Part shown: positions 40,630 through 54,700 of the stretch, piece by piece | Layout of the letters: every line of letters starts with the position of its first letter | Numbering within the stretch: the stretch's first letter is position 1 | Assembly (NCBI GenBank): GCA_951406725.2 | Contig: OX597815.1 | Coordinates: forward strand, 78,678,001-78,742,000 | DNA from: Octopus vulgaris | Lineage: Eukaryota | DNA length: 64,000 bases | Direction: 5' to 3' | The notes under the pieces: model-generated | What the model was told of the DNA's origin: nothing | What the model saw: only the letters and a program-made list of their open reading frames with translations | Database searches by the model: none | Program-made: the position numbers and the translations under genes

Positions 40630-40701
40630 TTATGAGCTCTCTAACATTTGTTTTATATCCTGCATTGAGTTCAATATGTTTTTGCTAAATCTTTCAGAAT
40701 C
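40630..40701 (-). CDS. CPT1: CPT1 last coding exon: [23 protein letters not shown]
   Basis: Acceptor tcttttcttttctag; resembles the CPT1 C-terminal DS.RF...M.DI helix; TAA at 40632-40630. Confidence 0.88.
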   Translation of the reverse strand, partial: DSERFSKNILNSMQDIKQMLESS

Positions 40702-43700
40702 CTAGAAAAGAAAAGAGAAATGAAAATTAATATATTTAAAGTGTAAATTATGAAATACATAATGTTAAATAATTGCTACAAGTTCAATAAAGTGTGTTTC
40801 TAGTCTAATAATGTAAAATCCTCAGTAATGTGTATTTCTTGAAGTGCAATAAATACAACAGTGTAACTTAGAACAGTCTACTTGGGAACATCTTGCTCAA
40901 GATCACTTACTGTGGCATGGTGCTGTGTACTCTGGAAGACAGTACTCAGAATCAGAAATGATCAGAGAAACTAAAGAGAGGATGATTGCACAGAAAGCAA
41001 GAGTCCCACTGGGTCCAGATTCTGCTTTTATGTGCTCCCACTGTAACCATGGATTTTAAGCCTATACTGGCCTAATAAACCACACCAGAACCCCACAAAG
41101 AGTAAAACCGCTAATCTGGTCATCTTCAGAGGTATGAAAGATAAATGTCAATAGTGTAATCCCCCAGTAAAGACAAAGCTATTGTTGCATGAGCTCCTTT
41201 CCTTCTACAATCCTTATTCAACTAAATAATCAAGCTCCTTGCACTCAACTGGTAACCATATTAAATAGCACTGACCATGTAATCATTGCAGTGAGTTATA
41301 AAATGTTCTTCATCTTCAAGTGGTTACAATTAAGTTACATCTCACAATGTTACACTAGGAATCTCTGATCTGCATTAGTCTGGGTAGATCCTTGGTTTCA
41401 TGTGTGTCTGCCAATAACATCAAGGTAGTTGAGTGATCATCCTTTATTTGGGTGTAAATGTCTCCAAAATATAACATAATATTGCCTGTTGTTTAGCATG
41501 ATAACAGTAGCCAGTAAAGCTAACCCTGTATCTTCTTCAACATTGTCATTTAACATCCATTTTCCATGCTGGCATGGCTTCGACAGTTTGACTGGAGATG
41601 GACAGAATATGTCTTTAGATCTCTCTGGTCTTGTGCTTATGCCTTCATCAGAAACCTTGTGTACGTACTTTCAAGATGATCCTGCAGTTACTTCTTCAGA
41701 GTTAAGGTTCAGATCCTAGAGAAGAATATTGTCTATTCATGTTCCAAGGAAGGCAAGGCTTGCTGACTTAGAACTACTTGATTATGTTGAAGCTTGTTAC
41801 AGATATTCCAGTCACGTCTCTTGCATATAATGGGGCCTTTCTTGATCTCAGCAATATAAGTCCCAAGGTATTTAAAGCCACTGAATTCTTTGAGTTGTGT
41901 GTCATCAAAGTAGCAGGTGGTTTTGATCTTCATTGATGGCCATATATTCAACCTTTTTTGTGTTGAGAAACAGACCAACTTTGGCTGCAGTATTTTCAAG
42001 AAATGTTAAGCTTTGCGCATCATACAGTCGATGAGCTATAAGGCCAAGATCATCAGCTTAGTCAAGGTCAGAGAGAAACAGACTCAGCTGACATCTTGGT
42101 TGCATCTGCTTAATGGTGAAGCCCTCATCTTGGATGGCATCAACATGCTGTTTAAAGATCTAATTTGAAGTAATCATAAAAAGAAAAGGAGCCAAGGTGT
42201 CTCCCTGAAGGATTCCTGCTGTTGTTGGGAATGCTTTAGCTGGACCATCTGCTACTTGCATGAAGTTTGATGGTTCTTTTGTACATGATATTTGATGACC
42301 TTGACAGTCTCATCTGGGTTAGTATAATTAAACAGAATATGTAACATGACTTTTCTCTTGATACTAACAAATGTCAACAGAAAGCAATGCTTTTTGCTTG
42401 GAAATTCTGAGCTCTTCTATGATTCAAGGATCTGTGGTAGCTTACACTACCTTTCCAGGAACTGCTTTGGTTTTATCATACAATAGGATCAACATAAAAG
42501 AAAATTCTATAAATCAGTACAGAGTTGCAAATTTTTGAGGATAGAGGTGACAGTGTAAATCCACTGTAGTTCTAAGAGAATTATAGTTTATTCAGAATAG
42601 GGTCTGATGTAGAGAGAAATACAAGTGAACATGTAAAAATTACTAACCGTTGTTGGAGATGATTTAATGCTAGAAATGTGAAAAAATACTACATCTTCCC
42701 CTGCTATAATATATGATACACCATAGCCATCATCAGCAACCTATTAGAAAAGAAAAGTTAAAATAGTTAAAATAAACAAATACACATCTATAAAAAGGTA
42801 TCATTAAATTCCACCTCATATTATGAAGAAATGTTCATCTCCTTTGTAATATCATGTATTATCAAATAAATATTTCAAAAAGAATTTACTAAAACTTGAA
42901 GGTAAATAAATTTTTCCTTTTTTGTCAGTGTATGAGTCCATCTGATTTTGAAGAAATACATATAGACACTCAGACAGACTGATAGATATACAAATAAACA
43001 GTCATGTAAATGACAACCAGACAAACTAAACAAACTGAGACTGAAACATATCCATACTTATTTCCCTTACTAGATGACGTTCAAAATAATGTTAGCCAAT
43101 AACTGATCGTGCTTTTTTTTGTTTTTAGCCTTACAGTATAATTTCTGGAAGTTCTCTGCTTTAAATGTATCTAACAGACAACAGTCAAAGAAAGGAAGGT
43201 TCAAAGAAATAAACAAACAGGCATTTACAGCAAATAATTTATACAATCACATTACAACAAGCTCACATATGGACTTTTCTCTCACTTTCTCTTTTACAGT
43301 TATTACAACAGCTTCTGTATCACTGAACTGAAAAACTGCAAACACTTCTACTCCAGCTTACTTGATGTACCTACTCTTATCATACCTATAGTCTATCATT
43401 TCTCCCCTAATAAAACACTTTTCCCAATCATTCTTATCATCATCATTATTATTATTTTTATTGTAGTGGGCTGACAGAATTATTAGCATGCCAGGCAAAA
43501 TACTTAGCAGTATTTCATCCTTCTTAAACACTCCAAGTTCAGATTCTGCCAAGGTTGACTTTTGTGGGGTCAATGAAATAAGTACCAGTTATGTGCTGGG
43601 GTTGATGTAATTGACTAGCCCCCTCCCTCAAATTTCAAGCCTTGTGCCAATAGTAGAAAGGATTATTATTATTATTAAGGTGGTGAGCTGGCAGAATTAT

Positions 43701-44230
43701 TAGTATGCTGGGAAAAATATTTAGCAGCATTTTGTCTCTCTTTATGTTCTAAGTTCTAATTCCACTGAGACTGACTTTGCCTTTCATCCTTTCGGAGTCA
43801 ATAAAATAAGTATCAGTTGAACACTGGGGCCAATGTAATTGACATACTACATTATTTGACTGTGTATTCGCCCCAAAATCTTTTATGACCCCTCAGGGAC
43901 CATATGGGGCCTGGCTGAGAACCACCGATCTAAAATGACAGCCTATATACATGGCTTGCAATGGATTAAAGATAATAGTGGTGCAAGATCTTTATAAGGT
44001 TTCCTGTTTAATCTAAAGTTCTTACTTGATTCATTAGAAAAGAAAACAAAATTTAAAAAAAATATCAAGTATATTTTCTACTTACTGGTCCAAAACCTCC
44101 ACCAGCTGATATGTACTCAGGGTTTTTATTCAAGTCGAACTTATCTGTTTGTTGGTGTGGTGTCTGGAAGTAGGATGTACATACATACATATAAAACTGA
44201 TAGAACATGTTTGTGTTTGTGTGTGTGCGC

Positions 44231-44270
<40 letters not shown>

Positions 44271-47200
44271 ATACACATATGCAGAGAAAGAGAAAGAGAA
44301 TGTGTATGTATGTTACTGCCTTGACATCACATGATAGTTGTAAGAAAGTGTCCTTGTCATGCAAGCAGTGTCTTTTGTTTCCAATATTTTGTAAAAAGAT
44401 GTTTGGTCACAGGGAAATATCTGACTTGGAATCAGGTGAGGGTTGGCAACAGGAAGGGCATCTGGCCACAGAAAATTTATCTCAACAAACTGTCTGACAC
44501 ATGCAAGCATAGACGTTAAAATGATGATGATGGAAACATTGCTACATGGATTTAATATTTAATTTTCAACAAGGTGGTGAGCTGGCAGAATCATTAGCAT
44601 GCCAGGCAAAATGCTTAGCAGCTTTTTGTCTGTCTATGTTTTGACTTCAAATTTTGCCAAGGCCAACTTCACTTTTCATCCTTTTGGGGTTAACAAAACA
44701 AGTACCAGTTGAGCACTGGGGTTGATGTAATCGACTTACCTAAATCCTCTTAAATTGTTGACCTTGTGACAAAATTTGAAACCAATATTTAAGTTACAAT
44801 GCTTTCAAGAGAAGAGTAGTAGGCATCAATAGCTTACCTGGCTAGTAGACAGTCGCCATGGCTCACTTAAAACCTCTTTCAGGAAAGGAGAGTCAATCTT
44901 AAGGTACTTGGAGACAACATATAGACAAAATAAATGTCTATCAATACCGTTGCCAGTCATTGCTTCACGATAACTTTTTTGGTGAACATTACAAGCTTTC
45001 ATTAACAATTCTCTACATTTTTTCCTCTGAAAAACAAAAAGAAGCAGGTGACTTGCATCATCAGTAAATACATTACATATGGCCGCTTCTCTTGTTTAAA
45101 TACAAAGATTGAAAGTATTTGGAGAAAAAGGCTAAGAAGTTGTAATGCTCAGGTCTTTCTAAGTACTATTAACAACATAAAAGGATGAAAGGTATTTTCA
45201 AAAGAGTAAAAACCAGGTCTTAGATTTCATTTGTCACAAGCTTACTGTCAATATAAATACTACTGAAAATTTCATGAAATGACAAAATATTGTATACTTT
45301 TAAATTACCCAAAAAAAGAATTTCTTTAAAAAAAGCTCTGTGAAAATCAATTTAATTTTTAGGCACAGGTATGGCAGTGTGGTAAGAAGTTAGCTTCCCA
45401 ACTGCATGGCTCCAGATTCAGTTCCATTGTGTGACACCTTGGGCAAGCATCTTCTACTACCGTCTCAGACTGACCAAAGCCTTGTGAGTGGATTTGGTAG
45501 ATGGAAACTGAAAGAAGCCCATAATGTGTGTGTGTGTGTATCTTTGTGTGTATATCTTTGTGTCTGGGTTTGTCCCCCACCACCAATTGACAACCAGTGT
45601 TGATGTGATTTTGTCCCTGTTAGTGGTTTGGCAAAAGAGACCGACAGAATGAGAGACAGGCTTAAAAAAAATAAGTACTAGGGTCAATTCATTCATCTAA
45701 AATTTTTCAAGGTGATGCCACAGCATGGCCACAGTGTAATGAGTGGAACAAATAAAAGATAAAAGATGATAGAAGAAACAATGAAAATACCGGCACAGAT
45801 GGATCGTTAATTGCTTTAACAAATTCTACTGACTCAAGTGTACATGAACGTACAGTCTCAGTTCTTCCTTCTCGGAACAGTCGAGTCATTGCAGATTCAT
45901 ATGTAAGAGAGAATTTCTTACAATCCTGAAACAGTGAAATAAAATAATTAGTCATTATTGCCATCATCAATGTTTTTATATGTTCATTCAAGTTGGCATG
46001 GACTAGACGTGTCTACTAAGAAAATAATTACTATTTTGTAGTAAAATGTTTTAATCATTAACTCATCATTACAAGTAGTTTAGGCTTTGGTTAACCTGGA
46101 TCAAAGATGTTCCCACTATGATCAGCCTCCCTTTTCTTTCACACAGAATATGACTGCATATTTAAGATTACATTATTTTGTGTACCCTGGTAGGGTGTGA
46201 TGTGAAGGCAATTTGGTTCCGAGTTAAGAGACTACATTAAAATTCTCTCTTCGTCCTGTCATAAAGGTGTTTATCACTGTATGAAACATTAAATCAACAT
46301 ATGTCCACTCTCTATAGGAATTATACAAATTATCATCATCATAATTTTACATATACTTTCTACGTTGCGATGGGTTGGATATGTTGTCATAGTGTATGTC
46401 ATTTCTTACTGGGGCAGCTTGTACATGTCATCTAACTTAATTTCTATGGCTGAAGGGTATGCCTTCAACCAGCCACTCTACACCAACTCTCAAGAAGTTG
46501 AATAACTCTTAGCAAAAAAAAAAATAATAATTAAAAAAAGAAATAACTAAAAGGACCTCACAACTCTAACTGATTATATGTAAATTATTTTGTGTTGATG
46601 AGAGAGAACATTAGATATAAAAATCCATATTAAAGTGACAACAAGAAATCAGCTCTAAAAGAATGTGTTAATCTCATCAGTTCAGATAGACCTTAAGTCT
46701 AATGGTCCTTTTATCAAAAACAAAAATGAAATCAGCTCTAACTAGAATTTTTAGTTTGAAAATTCTTTACTAGCAAGACTAAATATATTTAAATGTACTA
46801 GATTCATAAATTAATGCAGGACTTGACACCTCATGTAACTTTCACTTGAATTTTATTGTAAAGTATTTACCATTGTCAAAATGTAGAATTTTACCAAGTT
46901 CTATTTGCTGAAAACCAAAATTTAAATGAGCTCTAACAAGAATTTATAAACATTTTAACAAAGTGAAAAGCAGTCTTGCTCTGAAAATTGGTATATATAA
47001 TCACTATTACCAAACTTTCTCTCCAACTCCTACTCTATATTATAATTTTGACAGTTATCCTGCAACACATTATAACTTAGTATCACTACATATCGATCCC
47101 ACTCAGAAAAATATCCACCATCACATAGCCACAACATTTACAAACTACCTACAATTATACAGGTAGTACATTACTCCTAATGTCACATAGTAAACTATAA

Positions 47201-48721
47201 TCCCATTATACCATTTACAACAGTCATTAAATTATTCATTTATTATCACATGGTACTACAAGAACAGAATAAAGCAAAATGTTCTAAATTCAAAATAAAA
47301 GCATCAGACTGTTTTATCCATTTTATTATCATATTTCTGTTGAAATAAACTACCTTTTATTTTTTCAATTAGTTTTAAAATATGAAAAATTCAGTAAAAT
47401 AATATGGCTTTTATAGCATTTTCCCATTGTCATCACTTCTGTTTCAAATATATATTTGATTTTAATGATATTTTGTATAGCAATTATTAAACATTTGTTA
47501 TAACAGAAATCTCAACTCACTCTATAGTAAGCAAGCTGTAGTGCCATCTGGATATAAGCATCTGGACTAATTTTATGTTGCTTCATGAGGCGTTTACCAT
47601 ACTGGTTGTGGATCAGAATGTACAAGTCGACATTGTTGAGTAGCTCTGTAGCCACCTTCAGACTTGTCTGAATAACATCCTGGCACTACAAGAACAAGAA
47701 TAAACATAAATACACTAATAACAGAGTAAAACAAAATGTTTTAAATTCAAAATAAAAGCCTCAGAATGTTTTATCCATTTTATTACCATATTTCTGTTGA
47801 AATAAACTACTTTTTATTTTTTCAATTAGTTTTAAACTATGAAAAATTCAGTAAAAAACTGTTTGGAACATAAATTAGCATGAGATTTACATGGAATGTT
47901 TTAAAAACAAGAAGATTGTATCATGGAAGTGGGGCAGAAGACAGTCTCATGTGAGTTGGTATCAAAAGGGTTAGCACATGTGTCATATCTACAATGGGCA
48001 TTAAGACTTCAATAACAATAAGCAAACATAAATACAAGTTAACTGCTAATGCCTGGCAGTGAGAAAGATAAAAGCTTCAGTCAATGATTTTTGCAGATAT
48101 AAATTAAACAGATATTAGCAAAAGAATTAGTAAATTAGCAAATGGAATTTCAGCTGTGGTCATATATATAAGCATCATCATTTAATGTTCATTTTCCTTG
48201 CTGACATGGGTTGCACAATTGGCTGACAGCCTCGGCTGGCCCCCGTGCCAGTGACACGTAAAAGCACCGTCCGTTCGTGGCCGTTTGCCAGCTCTGTCAG
48301 GCAACCGTGTTGGTGGCACGTAAAAGCACCATCCGTTCGCGTCCGTTGCCAGCCTCGGCTGGCCCCCGTGCCGGTGACACGTAAAAGCACCGTCTGTTCG
48401 TGGCCGTTTGTCAGCTCTGTCTGGCCCCGTGTCGGTGGCACGTAAAAGCACCATCCGTTCGTGTCCGTTGCCAGCATCGCCTGGCCCCGTGCCGGTGACA
48501 CGTAAAAGCACCATCCGTTCGTGGCCGTTCGCCAGCTCTGTCTGGCACTTGTGCAGGTGGCACGTAAAAAACACCCACTACACTCGCGGAGTGGTTGGCG
48601 TTAGGAAGGGCATCCAGCCGTAGAAACACTGCCAGATCTGACTGGGCCTGACGAAGCCTTCCAGCTTCACAGACCCCAGTTGACCCGTCCAACCCATGCT
48701 AGCATGGAAAGCGGACGCTAA

Positions 48722-48753
<32 letters not shown>

Positions 48754-51700
48754 ATATACACACACACATATATATACATACAGAGAGAGAGAGAGAGAGA
48801 AATTGAGTCTTAGAAGTGGTGTACAGATATTGAATATTGATGAGAAAAGAGGTGGAAAAAGATTTTTTTTTTATTTAGTCATTATTATTATTAGCGCTTT
48901 CGTTTGTTTTTCAAACTTGTCAAATAAAAGTTTTTTGTGAATATACAAACAGGTTGTTTATTTATATTAAAGAGATGGGTTTTTTTTTGTTGTTTAGAAG
49001 AGAACATTGTTTTTGTTTTTTTGAGTGAAGTTCCAGGACAATGGAGATAGATAGATAGATAGATGGGTAGAGAGAGGGGAAGGAGGGAGGGACCCCCATC
49101 CTTCAACTTTGACTTCCATTCTTTTGAAATGAGTTCAAGGATAGTGACCTCTCCAAGAAGTCAGTTCTAGGATGGGGTGCAGTCATCACTAACTGTTTTT
49201 GTTTTTTTCTCTTTTTTCTTCTTCAGAGGTGCCAGAGGGAAGATAAAAGGTTCTATGAAATTTTAAATATATATATGTGTGTGTGTGTGCATACGAATTC
49301 ATGTGTTTGGAAGTATGTCTCTGTCTACACTGTGTAATTTTGATGTTTTGCATTGAAAAACATTGACATGCAAAGCATTGAGAATACACAGTGTAGGCAT
49401 AGACATATTTTCAAACACATGAACTCATAGCCACACATACGCACACACACGCCCGCTTTTTCCAGCCTTTCAAAATGCTGCAAAAATGTGCCAGAGCAGT
49501 ATCATTAAATAAAGCAGCTGCATAACCTTAAGATACTTTTCAGGATGATATTTTTCTACAAATTCAGAAACATACAGCGACTTTGCCAACACTGATTTAT
49601 GTCACTTGTAGAGATAGCCTTCTCTGGGGAACCAATCTCTTCCACTGCATCTGAATACTGCTGTTCCTGAAGCTGCAGGAGTTTATCAGTCATCAGCTCC
49701 TCTGAGTGCCAGGCCATATTGATAATTTTCAGGTAGTTAACACTGTTTAGGCACATTCCAAAACTCATGAAGGATTAGATTTGTATTTTCAGTGACTTCA
49801 AAGCACTGACGAAACAGATGTTTGGTGTACAAATTCTTAAAATTAGAAATCACCTGTTGGTCCATGGGCTGCAAGATAGGGATGGTATTGCGTGAAAGGT
49901 ACAGAACTTTTATGAATTTAAATTCATCCAGGATATCATCTTCAAAGTTAGGAGGGTGAGTAGGAGCATTGTCAAGGATGAGGAAGGCCTTGAGAGGAAG
50001 ATTGTTCTCCAGAAGGTACTTTTTAACTGCTGGTCAGAAGATAAGGTTGATTGACTTGAAGACCTAGACATGAATGTTTTCCCTCCACATGACCTGCAGC
50101 TACTCCTTCAAGATTTTGTGTGACTTGAACAAGACTCCACTTGCATTGGCACAAAGGGCAAGAGTTAGCCTATCTTACATAGTCTGATATTTTTTCTCCT
50201 CTGCAGTTCTTCTGGGTATTTTTTTTTTTGGAAAAATGGCCAGTTTCATCACAGTTGAATACCTGTTGTGTGATGCACCCCTTGGCTGTGATGAGCTGAT
50301 GGAATTCATGCACAAAATTCTCAGCTGCCTTCATGTCAGAACTTGCTGTTTCTCCATAGCTGACAACTGGCCTGAAATGTGTCTGCTGATGTCTCCTCCA
50401 TTGACATTCTAGGGTTTTGCTTCAAGAGATCCCCATACAGTACTTGTGCTTTCTTGCAGATGATGGTCTCTGTAATCGTATCTCCTGTGAGTTGCTTTTC
50501 ATTGATCCATTAGAGAAGCAATTTTTCCATCTCTTCCTGGACAAATGTGCATTGCTTGGAGAGTCTAGAGACACCTTTGCTGTTGTAATGGCCTTGATCT
50601 TATCCTTTTTCATCGGGATGGTGCAGAACATTGACATATTTCGGCCCACTATACACACTCCTCTCTCATGTTTATCAATGATTTCCTTCTTCAATTCTAT
50701 CATAATCAGCCTTTTCTTTTTCTAACACTGTCCTTTGCACTGACCTTTTTAGGACCCATGGCTAATACAACTACTTATTATAAAAATGATAACAAAAAAC
50801 GCACAAAGCTAAAAAAAAAAAAACACTGAGGAAAAGTGTAACAGGGATGCTGCCACAAGATAAACATTCAAACTGAGTGACTGGAGGCTGAACTTGTTGG
50901 GAGAGGGTGTGTGAGCTCAGTGTCGACTAGTGGTCACTTGTATGAAACTCACTCGTACTGCGGATTTCCACTCATACTTCAAGACAAAAATTCGCACAAG
51001 TCTCAGTTCATACGATGATGCACTTGCACTGTGAGGTTCTACTGTAACATGCAATTAATATCAATATTTATAACAACTTGTAAGTCTGTTACTCCAACTA
51101 AAACAAAAATAATAATCCCTACAATTCTAGTTAAATCTAAGAAAAAAAGTGGGGTGTGAAGAAATAAGAAATGAAAAAGTATGTATGAAAACATAACCAA
51201 CATGTCTTCATGGTTAAGAGGTTTGCTTCATGACCATATTATTTCAGACTAGGTCTCATTGCATAACACTTTGGGCAAGTGTCTTCTACAATAGCATTGT
51301 ATCAACTAAGGTCTTATGAGTGAATATGGTAGATGGAATCTTGTGTGTGTTTGTATTTATGTTTGCCACCTGCCCTCTACCCACCCTTATTGCTTAACAA
51401 ACATTCATTTATGTCTCTGTAATTTAGCAGTTCAGCAGAAGGAACTGATAGAATAATTACCAGATTAAAAATAAGTGCTGAGGTCAATTTGTTTCATTAA
51501 CTCTACAAGGAAATGCTCTAGCATGGTCACAGTCCAGTGACTGAAACAAGTAAAAAAGTAAGTGAAACAAAAGACTTACATAAAGAAGTGTAAAAGATGT
51601 ATCAGTACAAAAATCTTTTTTAAATAATTCATTATTGTGTATAAAAGATTAAAAAAAAAAATAATTACTTCAGTTGAGATATCCCATTCAAGTTTAATGG

Positions 51701-54700
51701 GGTTAGGCAATGGTTCAATAATTGTTCCTTTAGTGTGACCATCATCAGTGTATCTGAATAACAAACATTTAATTAGTAATAATAAGGGGAAAATAAAAAT
51801 AATAAATGAGCAAATATATAAGTGCAAAAGTAACATTTGTTAAGATCACAATTACTTTTTCTTTTTGGAAAACAATTTTAGATATTTATTTCACAAATAA
51901 TTTAAATATTTAGAAAATCCATCTTGTAAGAAACAAAATATTTCAAAATTTATTTAAAAATGCATTAACTCTTATTTAATTATTTACTTTTATCAAGAAG
52001 ATTAAAATATAATAAAGTATTATTTAATTATTACGTTATAAATTATTTTACATAAATGTATTTTGTTTTTACATTATTTTCATGGGCAATTTAAACATTT
52101 CTTTAGCATAATAGAAGTTAACCAAGATTTTACATAAGCATGATCCAGTTATTCTTTCGCTGGTGTGTTTTATTTTTAAGAGAATAAAGAAAAGCACAAA
52201 ATACCCCATTTTCAAAGAATCTTTTAATAACAGCAAATGAAAAAAAATTGTTAATGTGTTTTACCAGACAGGTTATACAGTTTTAAAATATGGGCATCAG
52301 CATGGATTATTGGAACATGTATTTCAGAATATCAGAGCTAATGTGATGAAGTTACAAGTTAAAATAGTGATGCTTGAACTATCAAAACATTTAGACAAGG
52401 ATGTATAGTTTTGGATTCAGTCCCACTGTGTAGCACTTTGGGCAAATGTCTTCTACTATAGCTCCATTCTGACCAATGCCTTGAGAGTGAATTTGGTAGA
52501 CTGATACTGTCATATAAAACTGTGATACATAAAATATAAGATGTGTGTGTTTGCCCTCCACTATTGCTTGACAACTGGTGTTCGTTTCTTTACATCTCCA
52601 TAACTTAGTTTGGCAAAAAGAGACTGACAGAATAATAGACTTAAATGAAAAATACTGGGGTCAATTTGTAAACCCTTGAAGGTGGTGCCCCAGCATAACC
52701 ACAGTCCAATGTCTAAAACAAGTAAAAGATAAAAGATAGACTCAAGGGATTCACCTATCATTGACTTTTGAAAAACATATTTCAATGAGTGAAACTGGTT
52801 AATAGAAATTGAAGAAGCCCATCATATATATATATATGATAGACTCTGTCAAAGTCGATGCCTGAGCATTCAGCTATTGCCAAACGATCTGCACAAGTGA
52901 TTTGTTTATAGTGATCAAATGTTTGGGTTGTGCATTATCTCACTCTCTCCATCAAATCAACGTTGTCTGAAAAGGTGCACTGTGGACCACGCATCAGGTG
53001 TCGAAGTGATTGCATAGCAACATGAGATGAAGTGTTTTGGTCCAGAACACAATGCACCACCCAGTCTGGGAATTGAAACCACAATCTCACAATTGTGAAT
53101 GCAACACCCTAACCACTGGGCCATGTGCTCTCATACACACACACATCTTTTATCTTTTACTTGTTTCAGTCATTGCACAGCTGTCATGCTGGGGCACTGC
53201 CTTGGAGGGTTTAAGCCAACAAATTGACTCTAGCATGTCTTTTTTTTTATATATATAAACCTGGTACTTATTCTATTGGTCTCTTTTTGCTGCACCTCTA
53301 AGTTATGGGGATGTAAACAAACCAGCATCAGTTGTCAAACAGTGGTAGGTGGGGACAAACAAAGACACACACAGATATACACATACATAAATATACACAA
53401 AACAGGCTTCTTTCAGTTTCTGTTTACCAAATCTACTCACAAAATTATGATCAGCTTAAACTATAGAAGACAACAGTTGCCCAAGGTGCCCACACAGTGG
53501 AACTGAACCTGGAATCATATGGTTGGGAAGCAAACTTCTTAACACACAGTAATGCCTGAACTATGTATGTGTGTGTGTGTGTGTGTGTGTACACGTCTCT
53601 GAATGGAATGTGTTTGAGTGAATGAATTCATATTTCTCATCTTCATGTGTATTTGCTGATTGTAAACAAAAGGCTCAATCAAACAATATTGTTCATTTCC
53701 ACTTCTCTGCATAACCATGTCCTGTAGTTTCAAACTGAACCAATGAAACTCACAGCCATGCCTGTAACTATTTACGTGGGTAATTAGTTGAAATATGTAA
53801 TTGTTGTTGTTGTTATTTTTACTGAAACTTAAAATAAAATCTTTTCTCATCAAAAGTATCCAAGATTTATGACGAAAAGAATTTTCTGCTAATTTGCTTT
53901 CTATATTCTATCTTTCTACAACTTCCATGGCTCAGTGGTTAGAGCATCGGGCTCACAGTCAAGAGGTTGTGAGTTCAATTCCTGGACCGGGTTGTATGTT
54001 GTGTTCTTGAGCAAGACACTTTATTTCATGTTACTCCAGTTCACTCAACTGTAGAAATGAGTTGTGATGTCACTGGTGCTAAGCTGTATCAGCCATGGCT
54101 TTACCTTGGATAACATCAGTGGCGTGGAGTGGGGGAGACTGGTATGCATGGTCTTCCATAAACAACCTCACCCAGATTTGTACCTTGGAGGATAACTTTC
54201 TAGGTGCAATCCCATGGTCATTCATGATTGAAGGGTTCTTTACCCATTCTACAACTTCCAGTTCGAGAAGAGTACAAACAGGAATCTATGCTAATTCCAA
54301 TCACTCGGGTAACTTTTATTTTGCTTTCTTTGTCAAACCTAGCTGATTCAGTAATTGATTAACTAAATTATTAATTAAATAGCTGATTGGTAAAATGGTT
54401 AAGTGAAATAGAACCAGTGCATGTGTTTATTATTGGCATAATGACCCTCCCAAGATACAGCAAAATATGTTTGAACACACAATTTCGCACTAAGAATTGT
54501 TTTCTTACTGTTTTACATTAATTTAAAAAAATTTTTTTTTTCCTAATCTGTTTACTAACAAATACAGACAACTTCTGATCCCAGTGGTACTCACATGGTG
54601 TGCTGAAAATTTTTTAACAAGATAATAAAATAAATTTATTGTATACAGTGCTTATATGCACTACAACTTGCCAGAAATGCTAAAAGTGGGGACAGAAAGC

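Noticed and set aside
53927-53990. tRNA-like sequence
   Set aside because: It continues into a SINE body and lacks a proper acceptor stem; it is a SINE head, not a tRNA gene.
54595-54602. Possible 8-nt microexon (ttttcag CACACCAT gtgagt) in a CPT1 intron
   Set aside because: Frameshifting, weak pyrimidine tract, and the protein is complete without it.
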